Positions 10,046 to 19,416 of a stretch of 64,000 bases of DNA are shown here, one piece after another. Below the pieces are notes generated by a model. That model saw only the letters and a list, made by a program, of their open reading frames with translations, was not told the DNA's origin and ran no database searches. Position numbers and translations under genes: made by a program. The stretch is from positions 32,001 to 96,000 of IMG/VR virus record IMGVR_UViG_3300005731_000013; one strand, 5' to 3'. Numbering within the stretch: the first letter of the stretch is position 1; every line of letters starts with the position of its first letter. The DNA comes from a virus.

Positions 10046-10948
10046 TTATTTGTCAATGGTTTCAAACAGATCACCAATTGTCTGATCATATTCGCCATTT
10101 TCATCCATTAATTTCAATAGTGTATTGTATGTCAAACAAAGGTGTTCACGACGGAATCTCTCATCACCAATCTTTTGTTGTTCTTCATCTGCCCATGCCT
10201 GGTCTCGATCTGGGTGCTCTTCCCACGTAACAATATATGGACGGAATCCATTTGTTCCGACTTCTGTTTCATTACCATAATCATCAAGGCGTTTATTAGC
10301 CTGCTTCCAAATTTGAGCAAATTGGTCATCATCTTGGTTAGGCGTAGAAGTGATAATACATTTACCACCTGTAGATAGAGTTGGTGAAATAGAGGTCCAA
10401 AATTCCTGCGCAACACGAGGTGGTACAAACGCAAATTCGTCCAAGTAAACTAGCGAAAGTGACAAACCTCGGCCTGTGTTTTCTGTAGTAGCCTGTGCAA
10501 TAATCTTGCTACCGTTGTCAAATTCAATGCTACCTTTATTATATGCAGTAACACCTGCACGAATATGATCTGGGCAACTTTCATACATGTAACGCAATCG
10601 TGTCATGATTTCATTTGCACCATCACGTTTATGTGCAGCCACAAGAATTGTTTTATCAGACTGAAACATTGCAAACCAAAGTAAGTATGCAGCCGCACAT
10701 GTTGATTTACCAGTTTGCCTAGAGAGCAAACTGATTGAATATCTGTAATCGTTATAGGAATTAATCAATCCTACTTGATAATCATATAACTCGAATGGCA
10801 TACGACCTTTAGTAGGATGTTGAATATAACAATAGTTACGGATAAAGTGCAACGGATTGATTGAACATAATGCCAATTCTTTAAGTTGATGTTGACTGAC
10901 CGTTTCTTCTTGGTATGGTTTTTTGATTAAGTCTGTATTGACAGCCAT
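10046..10948 (-). CDS. gp17: Terminase large subunit, N-terminal ATPase part plus split-intein IntN (30 aa)
   Basis: LYDYQ adenine motif, SRQTGKS Walker A, YLDEFAF Walker B, ITSTPN, FRREH; ends with CLTYNT...DLFETIDK. Confidence 0.93.
   Translation of the reverse strand: MAVNTDLIKKPYQEETVSQHQLKELALCSINPLHFIRNYCYIQHPTKGRMPFELYDYQVGLINSYNDYRYSISLLSRQTGKSTCAAAYLLWFAMFQSDKTILVAAHKRDGANEIMTRLRYMYESCPDHIRAGVTAYNKGSIEFDNGSKIIAQATTENTGRGLSLSLVYLDEFAFVPPRVAQEFWTSISPTLSTGGKCIITSTPNQDDDQFAQIWKQANKRLDDYGNETEVGTNGFRPYIVTWEEHPDRDQAWADEEQQKIGDERFRREHLCLTYNTLLKLMDENGEYDQTIGDLFETIDK
10049..10138 (-). mobile_element. Split intein, N-terminal fragment (IntN)
   Basis: Block A CLTYNTLL...TIGDLF starting exactly after RREHL. 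Confidence 0.85.
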
Positions 10949-11770
10949 TTATTTGCCTAGATTCGAATCTTCTTTAAACGCATTATATTCATTCAACATT
11001 GATTCATCAGTGTGGCTTTCTTGAACAGATACTTTCATTGCCTCTGCATTCAAATAACGACGCAATGAATTATCAATTGTTTCACCATCTGGTTGTTCTT
11101 GATAATTACCACGATCTTCAACATCACCAGCTACTGAGTTTGACCATTCACGCATTTGACCTTGTTCCGTTCGGATATTCATTCCGCCATTCATAGTTGT
11201 ATAACCTGGTTCGATCTGTGGTTTCATACCTTTTTCTGCATATTTTTGCATCAAATATTCTGCTCGTTGATCTGCTTCTTCTTTTGTTCGTCCCAAAGCC
11301 ATAGCAGTAGCTCTGGATCCTTCAGGCTTGTTATGCGTAGCACGCCATTTATCATGTCCAATAAAAGTAACCTTTCGCATATAATTTGCAGCATGAACTC
11401 CAATAGATTTACTTGGGTCAAAATCAACAGTTTCTTCTGATACCTCATCTTTGTCTATGCGTTCGTTATGCTTTTTCATATCAGTATCAAATTGTTCATC
11501 TAGATCATAATGTAACATCATTAAATCATTAATAAGTGCTTTAATTTGATCTGTTGGCAATCTGTTTACTTGGTCTTTTAAATATGATTCTGAATCAGAT
11601 GTTAAATAATTATCTATGATTTGATCGAATTCAGCTCTGTCTTCTTGATTCACAGATATATCTAACTCTTCAACATATTCGCCTGCTGTTTGACCATCAA
11701 TATCATATGATTCAGTAATCAACGTCGGGACACCTGCTAGCTGGCGCAATCTATTTAATTCAGTTGTCAT
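10949..11770 (-). CDS. Probable internal head/virion protein
   Basis: N-terminal ELNRLRQLAGV matches the scaffold C-terminus ELKKLAGL; acidic protein. Confidence 0.55.
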   Translation of the reverse strand: MTTELNRLRQLAGVPTLITESYDIDGQTAGEYVEELDISVNQEDRAEFDQIIDNYLTSDSESYLKDQVNRLPTDQIKALINDLMMLHYDLDEQFDTDMKKHNERIDKDEVSEETVDFDPSKSIGVHAANYMRKVTFIGHDKWRATHNKPEGSRATAMALGRTKEEADQRAEYLMQKYAEKGMKPQIEPGYTTMNGGMNIRTEQGQMREWSNSVAGDVEDRGNYQEQPDGETIDNSLRRYLNAEAMKVSVQESHTDESMLNEYNAFKEDSNLGK

Positions 11771-12285
11771 TTGCTTTCCTTATACTCAGTATTATGTGTT
11801 TTCTGTTCTTTAGTAAGTTCGTTAATAAAGGTTGATTTAAATTCTTCACCATAGAAATCTGTAGCTGTTGGATTTTCTACATCAGTATATGCGTCATCAG
11901 TTAGTCGGACTGAGTATTTTTCATCCGGAAGTTCTTCTGATTCATCTTCAACATGCAACGGTTCCATTTTATTACGAACAATCATAAAGCGTTCATGAAT
12001 TCCCATCTTTTGTGTTAACTCTGCTAGTAATTGTAAAGGTGCGGCAGGTTGACGTGTTTTGAAATCAATCATATATATTTCTGCTGCATCAATACTACGG
12101 AAATCACGTGGGTTACGTTGGATAATTGTTTTCTTCGGCGTTGTAATATCAAAGCCGTCATATTTACGTAGGTGCAACTCCAAGGCGTCGAGTTGCTCAT
12201 CTGTGGCGTCACAAGCAATTTTAAGACGGAATTCATGCACCGTTTCACTTTCTGCCAAATATTGACTTAAATCTTTTCTCATCAA
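11767..12285 (-). CDS. Hypothetical late protein
   Basis: 172-aa ORF with late promoter ATAAATA and SD AGGAG upstream. Confidence 0.65.
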   Translation of the reverse strand: MMRKDLSQYLAESETVHEFRLKIACDATDEQLDALELHLRKYDGFDITTPKKTIIQRNPRDFRSIDAAEIYMIDFKTRQPAAPLQLLAELTQKMGIHERFMIVRNKMEPLHVEDESEELPDEKYSVRLTDDAYTDVENPTATDFYGEEFKSTFINELTKEQKTHNTEYKESK

Positions 12286-12339
12286 GAGTCTCCTATTATT
12301 ATATATTTATGCGGTATGTTCCAAATACATCATATCAAC

Positions 12340-12873
12340 TTATGACTCTTCATCTCGTTTGATTCCAGCCAAGATATCATCTAATATATCATTTCGAGTT
12401 GCAATTACACGGCCTTCTGTTTCTTCAACAGTATCTCCATCATCATTATTTTTAAGGTGGCGTTTTTTCAAATAGTCCAATTTCTCGTTTTCATGTTCAA
12501 GTTTGGCCTTTTGTATTTGCAATTTTACCATCTCTAATTTTTTTTGAGCTTTATTGGTTTTTGCATTCAATGCATTTGACATCATATTGCTAGCTGCATT
12601 AAAAATATCAGCTGCATGACGATCTTCGACATTTTTACCTAAATCTACTAATTCATCAAATGTATCCATAGCTTTTTGTGCATAGTTATCATAATCAACA
12701 TCAACATTTTGCAGGCCTCCGACTTGTGGTAATGCTGCATCGATCTTATCTGCCCGTTCCATTATGGCATGCATTTCGTCTTCATTATAGACTTCGACTT
12801 CATGCACCTCTTCTTCAATCTTATTCATTGCAGGAAGGTCAAATGTCTCTTCTAATTTTGTTCTAGATGCCAT
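12340..12873 (-). CDS. Probable terminase small subunit
   Basis: Helical/coiled-coil 177-aa protein upstream of terL, with a C-terminal TRNDIL segment. Confidence 0.55.
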   Translation of the reverse strand: MASRTKLEETFDLPAMNKIEEEVHEVEVYNEDEMHAIMERADKIDAALPQVGGLQNVDVDYDNYAQKAMDTFDELVDLGKNVEDRHAADIFNAASNMMSNALNAKTNKAQKKLEMVKLQIQKAKLEHENEKLDYLKKRHLKNNDDGDTVEETEGRVIATRNDILDDILAGIKRDEES

Positions 12874-12890
12874 GACGGCTACTCCTTATT

Positions 12891-13445
12891 TTAGAAATTA
12901 AGTGGTGTTACTTGTATTGCAGGGTTATTAATTGTATATATATTATTTTGAGGATTAAACATTCCATCTATTCGGATAATTTTATTCCATCCAGTTACAA
13001 ATGAATTAATATCCACTGCCATTGCTATTTCAATTTGCCAATTACGAATTTCTTCAAATTTCATTATATTATATAATCGGACAAGATGACTTGGGTTGAC
13101 TTCTTCTTGGCTTTGAACCTCTATATTATAATCAGTCAACAAATACCAAAAATCATCGTTTGTTTTATTAATATAATCTAGAAACTTAACAGCTTTATTT
13201 GTTGTTATTAGCTTATCCGTGGCTTCTCTAGAATTTACTAAGGTTAACTTCGATGGATCAATTGAAATAATTTTGCTACCGTACGATTTGGCTACATTTA
13301 TGTCAGGACTGAAATAAATGCCAACTCCTTCTAGATTATTACTTGTATCATGAATCATCCATCTTATATCTAAGTGTTTGGTCCCAAAATCATCTCCATG
13401 ATATAATAGTTGGGGATTTTCTAATAAATGTTGATATCTCATCAT
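12891..13445 (-). CDS. ADP-ribosyltransferase-like protein (ART-PolyVal-like)
   Basis: LYHG...GVGIYFS...VAKSYG pattern typical of the ART fold. Confidence 0.6.
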   Translation of the reverse strand: MMRYQHLLENPQLLYHGDDFGTKHLDIRWMIHDTSNNLEGVGIYFSPDINVAKSYGSKIISIDPSKLTLVNSREATDKLITTNKAVKFLDYINKTNDDFWYLLTDYNIEVQSQEEVNPSHLVRLYNIMKFEEIRNWQIEIAMAVDINSFVTGWNKIIRIDGMFNPQNNIYTINNPAIQVTPLNF

Positions 13446-14269
13446 ACTCTCCTAACATCAAACATATCGCGAATATCACTGTGCCAAAATTTCCCTTTAC
13501 TTGGGGCTTTTAGCCATCGTTTAAAGGTGTTAGGCAATACATTGTGAATACGATATTGCCGTCCATTGTTTAATGTCATCATAACAGAGTTATCTTCATA
13601 AGTTAAATCTGCAATCCAACTTGACATAACCTCAACTTCTTCTATCTTTTGTGTTTCGCCCAAGGTTTTTGTTACTGTGACCATCTCCAATGCATTAGCA
13701 TATTTTTGTTGATGATTTTTGCTACGTGAAATCATTTGTTTAATATCTTCTTCACTTCCTAAATGCACTTTCTTTTGTCTGTCAGTTTCAATCTTAACAA
13801 ACTTTTCTCTAGGTTTGTGCCAAAAATAACCACGGTGCAGCATAAAGATTCTCTTCTCTGCATTATCAATAAAATTTTGCTGTTGAATCATAACTTGCTC
13901 CATTTTATCGTATGTATTTTGATCTACTTCAATACGCTTAACTGTTGTTAACGGAATTGGGCCTTTTGCGATTTCCTCACTTTCCCAACGAGCCTTATTT
14001 CCTGTTAGTGTGTCATCAGTATTAGATCCTGCTGCTACACGCTGATCAGCATATGGTGTTAATTTGTGTCGTTGCTTCAGTTCATCGCGATCAAACACAA
14101 GTCTTACTTTGTCATGTCCTGGTCCGCCACCTGGTGCGTGGTGATAATTTTTGTCTCGCGTAAGGGAGACACGTTGACCTTTGCCAACTTGGCCATCGTC
14201 AATTATACCTAGCAATCCATAAACGTCTGTGTTGTGATATAGCTCTGTGGCAAAATCGCCAAGTCTCAT
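13442..14269 (-). CDS. ART-like N-terminal domain fused to a C-terminal KTSC domain
   Basis: LYHNT...VSLTR...ESEE; C-terminal SSWIADLTYED...YRIHNV...APSKGKFWHSDIR matches the KTSC pattern. Confidence 0.6.
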   Translation of the reverse strand: MRLGDFATELYHNTDVYGLLGIIDDGQVGKGQRVSLTRDKNYHHAPGGGPGHDKVRLVFDRDELKQRHKLTPYADQRVAAGSNTDDTLTGNKARWESEEIAKGPIPLTTVKRIEVDQNTYDKMEQVMIQQQNFIDNAEKRIFMLHRGYFWHKPREKFVKIETDRQKKVHLGSEEDIKQMISRSKNHQQKYANALEMVTVTKTLGETQKIEEVEVMSSWIADLTYEDNSVMMTLNNGRQYRIHNVLPNTFKRWLKAPSKGKFWHSDIRDMFDVRRV

Positions 14270-14742
14270 TTCTTTTTCCTCTTAGTGCCTTTGCGCGGAC
14301 CGCGACGGGCGGTTGGTTTCTGTGGATTATTGAAGATATCATGTTCAGTAACAATACGGAATCCTATTCCTTGTTGTTTACAAAATTGACGTGCATAATT
14401 CCATTTTGCTTCATTTACAACTGCTTGTGCTTTATCATATTGTCCTTTGGCTTCGCCCATCACCTGACTGCTTGGCTTAACTTCAATCATTTCAGCGTGT
14501 CGTTGGCCATTTTTATCATCATATATGACAAAAAAATCAGGAATGTAATTTGACCGTTTTCCAGTAATAGGATGGATATATGGGATACGGTGGCTTTCGC
14601 TTGCCCATCCTATAATATTTGGATGATTATCAAATAGTCTCATCATAGTCAATTCCCATCCGCTTCTATATGTAGGCAAATGTTTCCCTAAATATTTTTC
14701 TGTATTAATTGGTTGATAAGATCCTTGTTGATAATTTCCCAT
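14266..14742 (-). CDS. gp4: Head completion nuclease (gp4, TnsA-like PD-(D/E)xK)
   Basis: YRSGWE, WASE..RIPY, YIPDF, IEVKP, NEAKW, FRIVTE. Confidence 0.88.
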   Translation of the reverse strand: MGNYQQGSYQPINTEKYLGKHLPTYRSGWELTMMRLFDNHPNIIGWASESHRIPYIHPITGKRSNYIPDFFVIYDDKNGQRHAEMIEVKPSSQVMGEAKGQYDKAQAVVNEAKWNYARQFCKQQGIGFRIVTEHDIFNNPQKPTARRGPRKGTKRKKK

Positions 14743-14743
14743 A

Positions 14744-15373
14744 TTATTCGTCTCTATATGTATACACTGTCACATCATCTGAAAAATCACCGTCGTAATA
14801 AACTTGCACCTTTTCAGGTTGAAATGTTACTGTTAGCATTGCAGGATTACTATCACTATAATCTAACGTATCACCTACAATGTCAGTTATTAAAGGATTT
14901 TTCAAAACAGTAGTTCTAATAAAATCATTATGTCCAGGCTGGACTATTCTAATATCTGTAAAAAAATTACGATCACTTGTCGGTGTATATCCGGCATCAG
15001 ATGACAATACATCATTAATAGTAGATACGCCCACATGTAAGTCTGTCTGCTCTATCCCTAAATTGTCATTATAATAATGCTTGATATATCTACGTAAAAT
15101 TCTGAACCATTCACTATCATATGTGTCATAAAATGAAATAGTAATCGGACTATAATTCATTTTTGTTTGCACTACTCGCTTATTATTATATTGATTTGCA
15201 ATCATAGTATCGAAATTGAAACTCGGTGTTGTGACAGATGCCACACGATCAATTATCGTATATGTGCCGTCATAAATTGAAAACCCCAAAGTAAATTGGA
15301 ATTTTTGACGTGGCACTCTTACTTGCTCTGCATCACTACGATATGTTTCTTGTGCAAAATTACGAATAGCCAT
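14744..15373 (-). CDS. Tail-tube-like baseplate/tube initiator protein
   Basis: Tube-fold motifs (QYN...Y.PITISFYD, LDYS) paralogous to the neighbouring tube gene. Confidence 0.7.
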   Translation of the reverse strand: MAIRNFAQETYRSDAEQVRVPRQKFQFTLGFSIYDGTYTIIDRVASVTTPSFNFDTMIANQYNNKRVVQTKMNYSPITISFYDTYDSEWFRILRRYIKHYYNDNLGIEQTDLHVGVSTINDVLSSDAGYTPTSDRNFFTDIRIVQPGHNDFIRTTVLKNPLITDIVGDTLDYSDSNPAMLTVTFQPEKVQVYYDGDFSDDVTVYTYRDE

Positions 15374-15400
15374 ATATATCTCCTTCATATATTTAGTCAG

Positions 15401-15432
15401 AAAAGAACCGTAGCAAAATCTACGGTTCTTTT
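15401..15432. terminator. Bidirectional terminator after the tail tube gene
   Basis: aaaagaaccgtag-caaaat-ctacggttctttt. Confidence 0.8.
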
Positions 15433-15438
15433 AATATA

Positions 15439-16044
15439 TTAAACTGTTGAGCCTGATTGTGTATTGGTATCAACATTAAATGTTGGGTCACTCAATGTAT
15501 CTAAGCTTCCAACATAATGTGCAGCGTTATCATAACGCAATTGAACTGAGATAGATTGATATTCACCACCACTTGCATAGTTTGTTTCATTGTATGCTAA
15601 ATTCGAAATATAACAGCCACTTAGAACCCATGTATCCAATACCGTTGGATTCGGATTAGCACCATTAAGGTTTTCAATAGCTATTTCAAATTTATAGCTA
15701 GTTCCTGCTTGTGGTGAGCTTTGGTTTGCCATATCAATTTGTTTTGCAACTTGTTGATCAAGCAATGTGCTGGTTGCTGATGTAATGTCATCACGCAACT
15801 CAATTGTCACTGGGTCCCAGGTATGTTTTCCTGCCAAATAAATTCGTGAGTTGTATGTGTCTACAAGAACTTCATCATGAGTCATATTTGGGCGGGTGAC
15901 ACTTATAACGTTGTTTGTTGCAACTTTTGTATCGCCTGAACCCATGTTGATAAAGTTAACGCGGAAACGGTATTGTAGTTTAGGCATAAGTGTTCCGCTT
16001 GACTCTCCATTAACTGGAACACTCAATTTATCTAATACGGCCAT
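15439..16044 (-). CDS. gp19: Tail tube protein gp19
   Basis: PKLQYRFRV, YLAGKHTWDPVTIELRDD, W.LSGC, LRYDNA; TATAAATA late promoter upstream. Confidence 0.88.
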   Translation of the reverse strand: MAVLDKLSVPVNGESSGTLMPKLQYRFRVNFINMGSGDTKVATNNVISVTRPNMTHDEVLVDTYNSRIYLAGKHTWDPVTIELRDDITSATSTLLDQQVAKQIDMANQSSPQAGTSYKFEIAIENLNGANPNPTVLDTWVLSGCYISNLAYNETNYASGGEYQSISVQLRYDNAAHYVGSLDTLSDPTFNVDTNTQSGSTV

Positions 16045-16125
16045 AATGATTATCTCCTAGTAAATATTTCATATAAGTATTTATAAGAATTGACAAAAAA
16101 ATCATTCTAGTTTAAAATCAAAGGT

Positions 16126-17643
16126 ATGAAAATAATGAGAACACCTAAACGATTATTCTGGATTCACGTTAAAGACCTTGACTTATCTAATATAGACCCA
16201 AACATCGTTGCATCTAAAAATGCAGCTCGTGTAAAATGGCACTTAGATAATGAAATTGCATCTACTCCGCATTGCATCAATCAAAATTGTAATAATGAAG
16301 TTAAATGGAAGGCAGGGCATGGTTACCAAACATTTTGCAGTCGTAAATGTAGTGCGCAAAATGAATCAATCAAACAACAAAAGAAAAATACATGTGAACA
16401 AAAATATGGTGTGTCAAATCCGAGCAAAAACACAGAAATTAAACAAAAAATAAAAGATACAACGAATAAACGATTTGGTGTTGACCATCCGTTGCAAAAT
16501 GACGATATTATGACTAAAACCAAGAATACGAATATAGCCAAATATGGTGTGTCGTCATACTCACAAACTGCTAAATTCAAAGAATTGGTCTCAGGTGACA
16601 GTAATCCGAATCGTCAACGGTTTTCACAAGACACATTAGATATCTTGAATAGTAAATCAAAATTTAATAGTTTGGCTGATGGTAAATCGATTTATGAGTT
16701 AAGTGACGCTTTAGAAAAGTTTGATATATCTACTTTACGAAAGTATATTCATCAATATGACAGTAATGTATTATTGCGACGGTCACAATTAGAACATGAA
16801 ATGGCTGATTTTTTGAATGATTTAGATGTTAAATTTATTCAAAATGAACGCAATATTATATCTCCACAAGAACTAGATTTTTATTTACCTGATCATAATA
16901 TTGCTATCGAAATGAATGGTATCTACTGGCATTCCGAAAAGTTTATTTCTGATAAATTTTACCATTATAATAAATGGAAATCATGTCATGATAACGATAT
17001 CCACCTGATATCTATTTTTGAAGATTTATGGATAAATCATCCAACTAAAGTCAAACAAGCATTAATATCATTATTGGGATTGCGACATAGTCCAGTAATT
17101 GGGGCGCGAAAGTTGCAAATCATGCAAATAAATGCAACCATTGCACGGCCATTTTTAAACAAATACCATTTACAAAATTTTGTGAATGGAACACATTTTG
17201 CTGCATTCAACTATCAAATGCAACCAATGGCAATCATGACATTTGGAATGTCACGAAATCAACATTTTGAACTTAAACGGTTTTCTACAAATGGCGGGAA
17301 TTTTCCAGGTGTGGCCTCTAAATTATTCAAATATGCACGCCAACAATTAGCATTTGATAAGGTTGTCAGTTTTAGTGATAATACATGGTTTACAGGCAAG
17401 ATGTATGAACATTTAGGTTTTGATTTTGAAAATGTAATTCAACCGTCATATAAATATTTTTATAAAGGAAATTTAGTTCATTGCTCGACTTTTACAAAAC
17501 AAAATATAGTTAGGAAATTTCCATATATGAAAGAAGCAATAGATAACGGAATGACTGAAAAAATTGCCATGCAGCAACTTGACATACCACGTGTATGGGA
17601 TTGTGGCAAGAAAAAATGGTTATGGACTGATAGAAACGGTTGA
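16126..17643 (+). mobile_element. Hef/Vsr-like endonuclease-GNAT, copy 2
   Basis: Same architecture (FCSRKC, YGVSNP repeats, ELDFYLP..IAIEMNGIYWHS, WDCGK); own TTGACA-N17-TAAAAT promoter. Confidence 0.85.
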
Positions 17644-17668
17644 CAACCAAAATGTTTTACGTTATATT
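17640..17668 (+). promoter_or_regulatory. Early sigma70-type promoter
   Basis: TTGACA-N17-TATATT-GAT. Confidence 0.7.
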
Positions 17669-17724
17669 GATAATATAATTAATGCAACAAACTGTTGCCA
17701 ATGCTGTTTATTAGGAGACAAGCA

Positions 17725-17865
17725 ATGATGAACCCTATTTTCTTCGTATTTAATATTGCAATCATGTGTGCAATGCTGACGTTCCTCCCCCAGATTGCAT
17801 TTGCGTTTGCAAATACCACTTCTGCATCTGGCCGCATGTTTTGGCCAATCTTGACTCAATTTTAA
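17725..17865 (+). CDS. Small hydrophobic peptide (46 aa)
   Basis: Manual translation MMNPIFFVFNIAIMCAMLTFLPQIAFAFANTTSASGRMFWPILTQF*; SD AGGAG; flanked by a promoter and a terminator. Confidence 0.6.
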   Translation: MMNPIFFVFNIAIMCAMLTFLPQIAFAFANTTSASGRMFWPILTQF

Positions 17866-17892
17866 TATATAAGTTGATTTGCAAAGTTAGAT

Positions 17893-17924
17893 AATGGGAC
17901 TAGAAATCTAGTCCCATTTTTTTT
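17893..17924 (+). terminator. Intrinsic terminator
   Basis: aatgggactaga-aa-tctagtcccatt followed by a T-run. Confidence 0.8.
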
Positions 17925-17930
17925 GAGTAA

Positions 17931-18359
17931 TTAATCTTTATTTACAGTGTTTGTCAAGGGTTTCCATTCATTCAATGATAACCCGTCAGCATAATTGTCA
18001 TCAAATGATAATTGAACTTCATCACCATTTTGTATTTTAGCACCTGCATCATTCATCTTCTCCATCATTTCCCTATTATATGCAAATTCATATAATTTAT
18101 GATATTCTTGATCATCAATTAACCAAATTAAGATCATGTTGTCTGAAGTCACAATGTGATGTATGTAAACAAAATTGCCTTCAGGCACTGATTTGATCGG
18201 TGTTCCCAATAATTGTTGATATGTTGTAAATGCAACTGTTCCTAATAACAGCATACCAATAAGAATTAATGATTTGAATATATCATTCATATTTGAAAAA
18301 TATGATGTATATGCCATCAAAATTGCAACTGCCACTCCGCATACAATTAATATTGTCAT
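17931..18359 (-). CDS. Membrane protein (2 N-terminal TM segments plus a soluble domain)
   Basis: Two hydrophobic stretches; ATGA overlap with the upstream gene. Confidence 0.7.
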   Translation of the reverse strand: MTILIVCGVAVAILMAYTSYFSNMNDIFKSLILIGMLLLGTVAFTTYQQLLGTPIKSVPEGNFVYIHHIVTSDNMILIWLIDDQEYHKLYEFAYNREMMEKMNDAGAKIQNGDEVQLSFDDNYADGLSLNEWKPLTNTVNKD

Positions 18360-18970
18360 CTAGATCTCCCTTGCGAATTTCCATTAAATACAATATTTCG
18401 TCGAAATGGCATTTGAATATCTGTACGCATGTCACCAATATCTCCATTTTCATTGACTTCAAATGATGCAACTGTCAATTCTTTATCAGGTGTTAATGTT
18501 ATACTGTCTACAAATTTAATCGCAAAAGGATCAATTTGTGTTACTGTTATTGTCGAATCAACTGCATCGCCAGCAGGAGTATAATAATGAACGTTTATAA
18601 AATATTCTCCGGCCGGTAAAGTTGTAAAAGATATTACTTCATAATTTCGAGCAATAATTTCTTCTTCACCATTTACTATAATAGTATCATTTGATACACC
18701 GCGGTCATCTCTTTCTAAATTGAAATATTTTCCATCCATTTTAGAAAATCCAACCCACGTCTGATCATAACCTCTTACCCATAAATCCATATCTTCAGTC
18801 AATGCAGGATCCCATTCTAATGTGATTAATAGCCGAACAGGAGGATCAATTGTTCCTAATGTTTCTGGAGGATTAATCATTAGAAAAGAAATGATAAACA
18901 TCATCGATATACCAAGTAATAAATTGAACAATAAATCAATGAATGCTAATATTGCTGATGTTCGTTTCAT
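18356..18970 (-). CDS. MotB/ExbD/TolR-like single-TM protein
   Basis: N-terminal AFIDLLFNLLLG TM with the conserved Asp, followed by a beta-rich domain (DMDLWV, LERDDRG, NYEVI, GEY.INVHYY). Confidence 0.65.
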   Translation of the reverse strand: MKRTSAILAFIDLLFNLLLGISMMFIISFLMINPPETLGTIDPPVRLLITLEWDPALTEDMDLWVRGYDQTWVGFSKMDGKYFNLERDDRGVSNDTIIVNGEEEIIARNYEVISFTTLPAGEYFINVHYYTPAGDAVDSTITVTQIDPFAIKFVDSITLTPDKELTVASFEVNENGDIGDMRTDIQMPFRRNIVFNGNSQGRSR

Positions 18971-19416
18971 GATTCAAGCACCACAATTTGTAAATTGATG
19001 ATAACACTTGCAACAATTCCTGATAACGATGTGATAAGAGCAGCACTCATTCCTTGTGCCATCATTGCCAAGGCCGTCGTCATTGCCAATGTATCTGATG
19101 GGTCTAGAATTACGCCCGGACCAAATACTGCCCACAAGACTATCATAAACCCACTTAACGTGCCTATCAGCCCTATAGATATTACGCTCTCACTCATAAA
19201 ATATAACATATCGTTATTAGTATATTGTTTGGTATAATATTTCCATCCGAGCAATATATGAGATGACACCAGAATTCCTATGTTTACAAATGTCAACATT
19301 GTTTGATCATAAATTTGAATAAATTCAAATAAACCAAAATAAAAGTGACCAGTTGCTAATACAAATACCATTAGGACTAAAATTGTCCAGAATTTCCAAA
19401 ATTTAATTTTTTCCAT
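18967..19416 (-). CDS. MotA/TolQ/ExbB proton channel family protein
   Basis: IGLIGTLSGF...GMSAALITSLSGI signature TM hairpin; likely start MEKIKFW. Confidence 0.75.
   Translation of the reverse strand: MEKIKFWKFWTILVLMVFVLATGHFYFGLFEFIQIYDQTMLTFVNIGILVSSHILLGWKYYTKQYTNNDMLYFMSESVISIGLIGTLSGFMIVLWAVFGPGVILDPSDTLAMTTALAMMAQGMSAALITSLSGIVASVIINLQIVVLES

Noticed and set aside
8459-10048. Group I/II intron interrupting the terminase
   Set aside because: Spacers around the inserted ORF are only 8 and 16 nt, too short for a ribozyme core; intein motifs explain the split.
17931-19416. Complete Zorya defence system
   Set aside because: The MotA-like protein lacks the long ZorA tail, the partner lacks an OmpA-like domain, and no ZorC/D/E genes are present.
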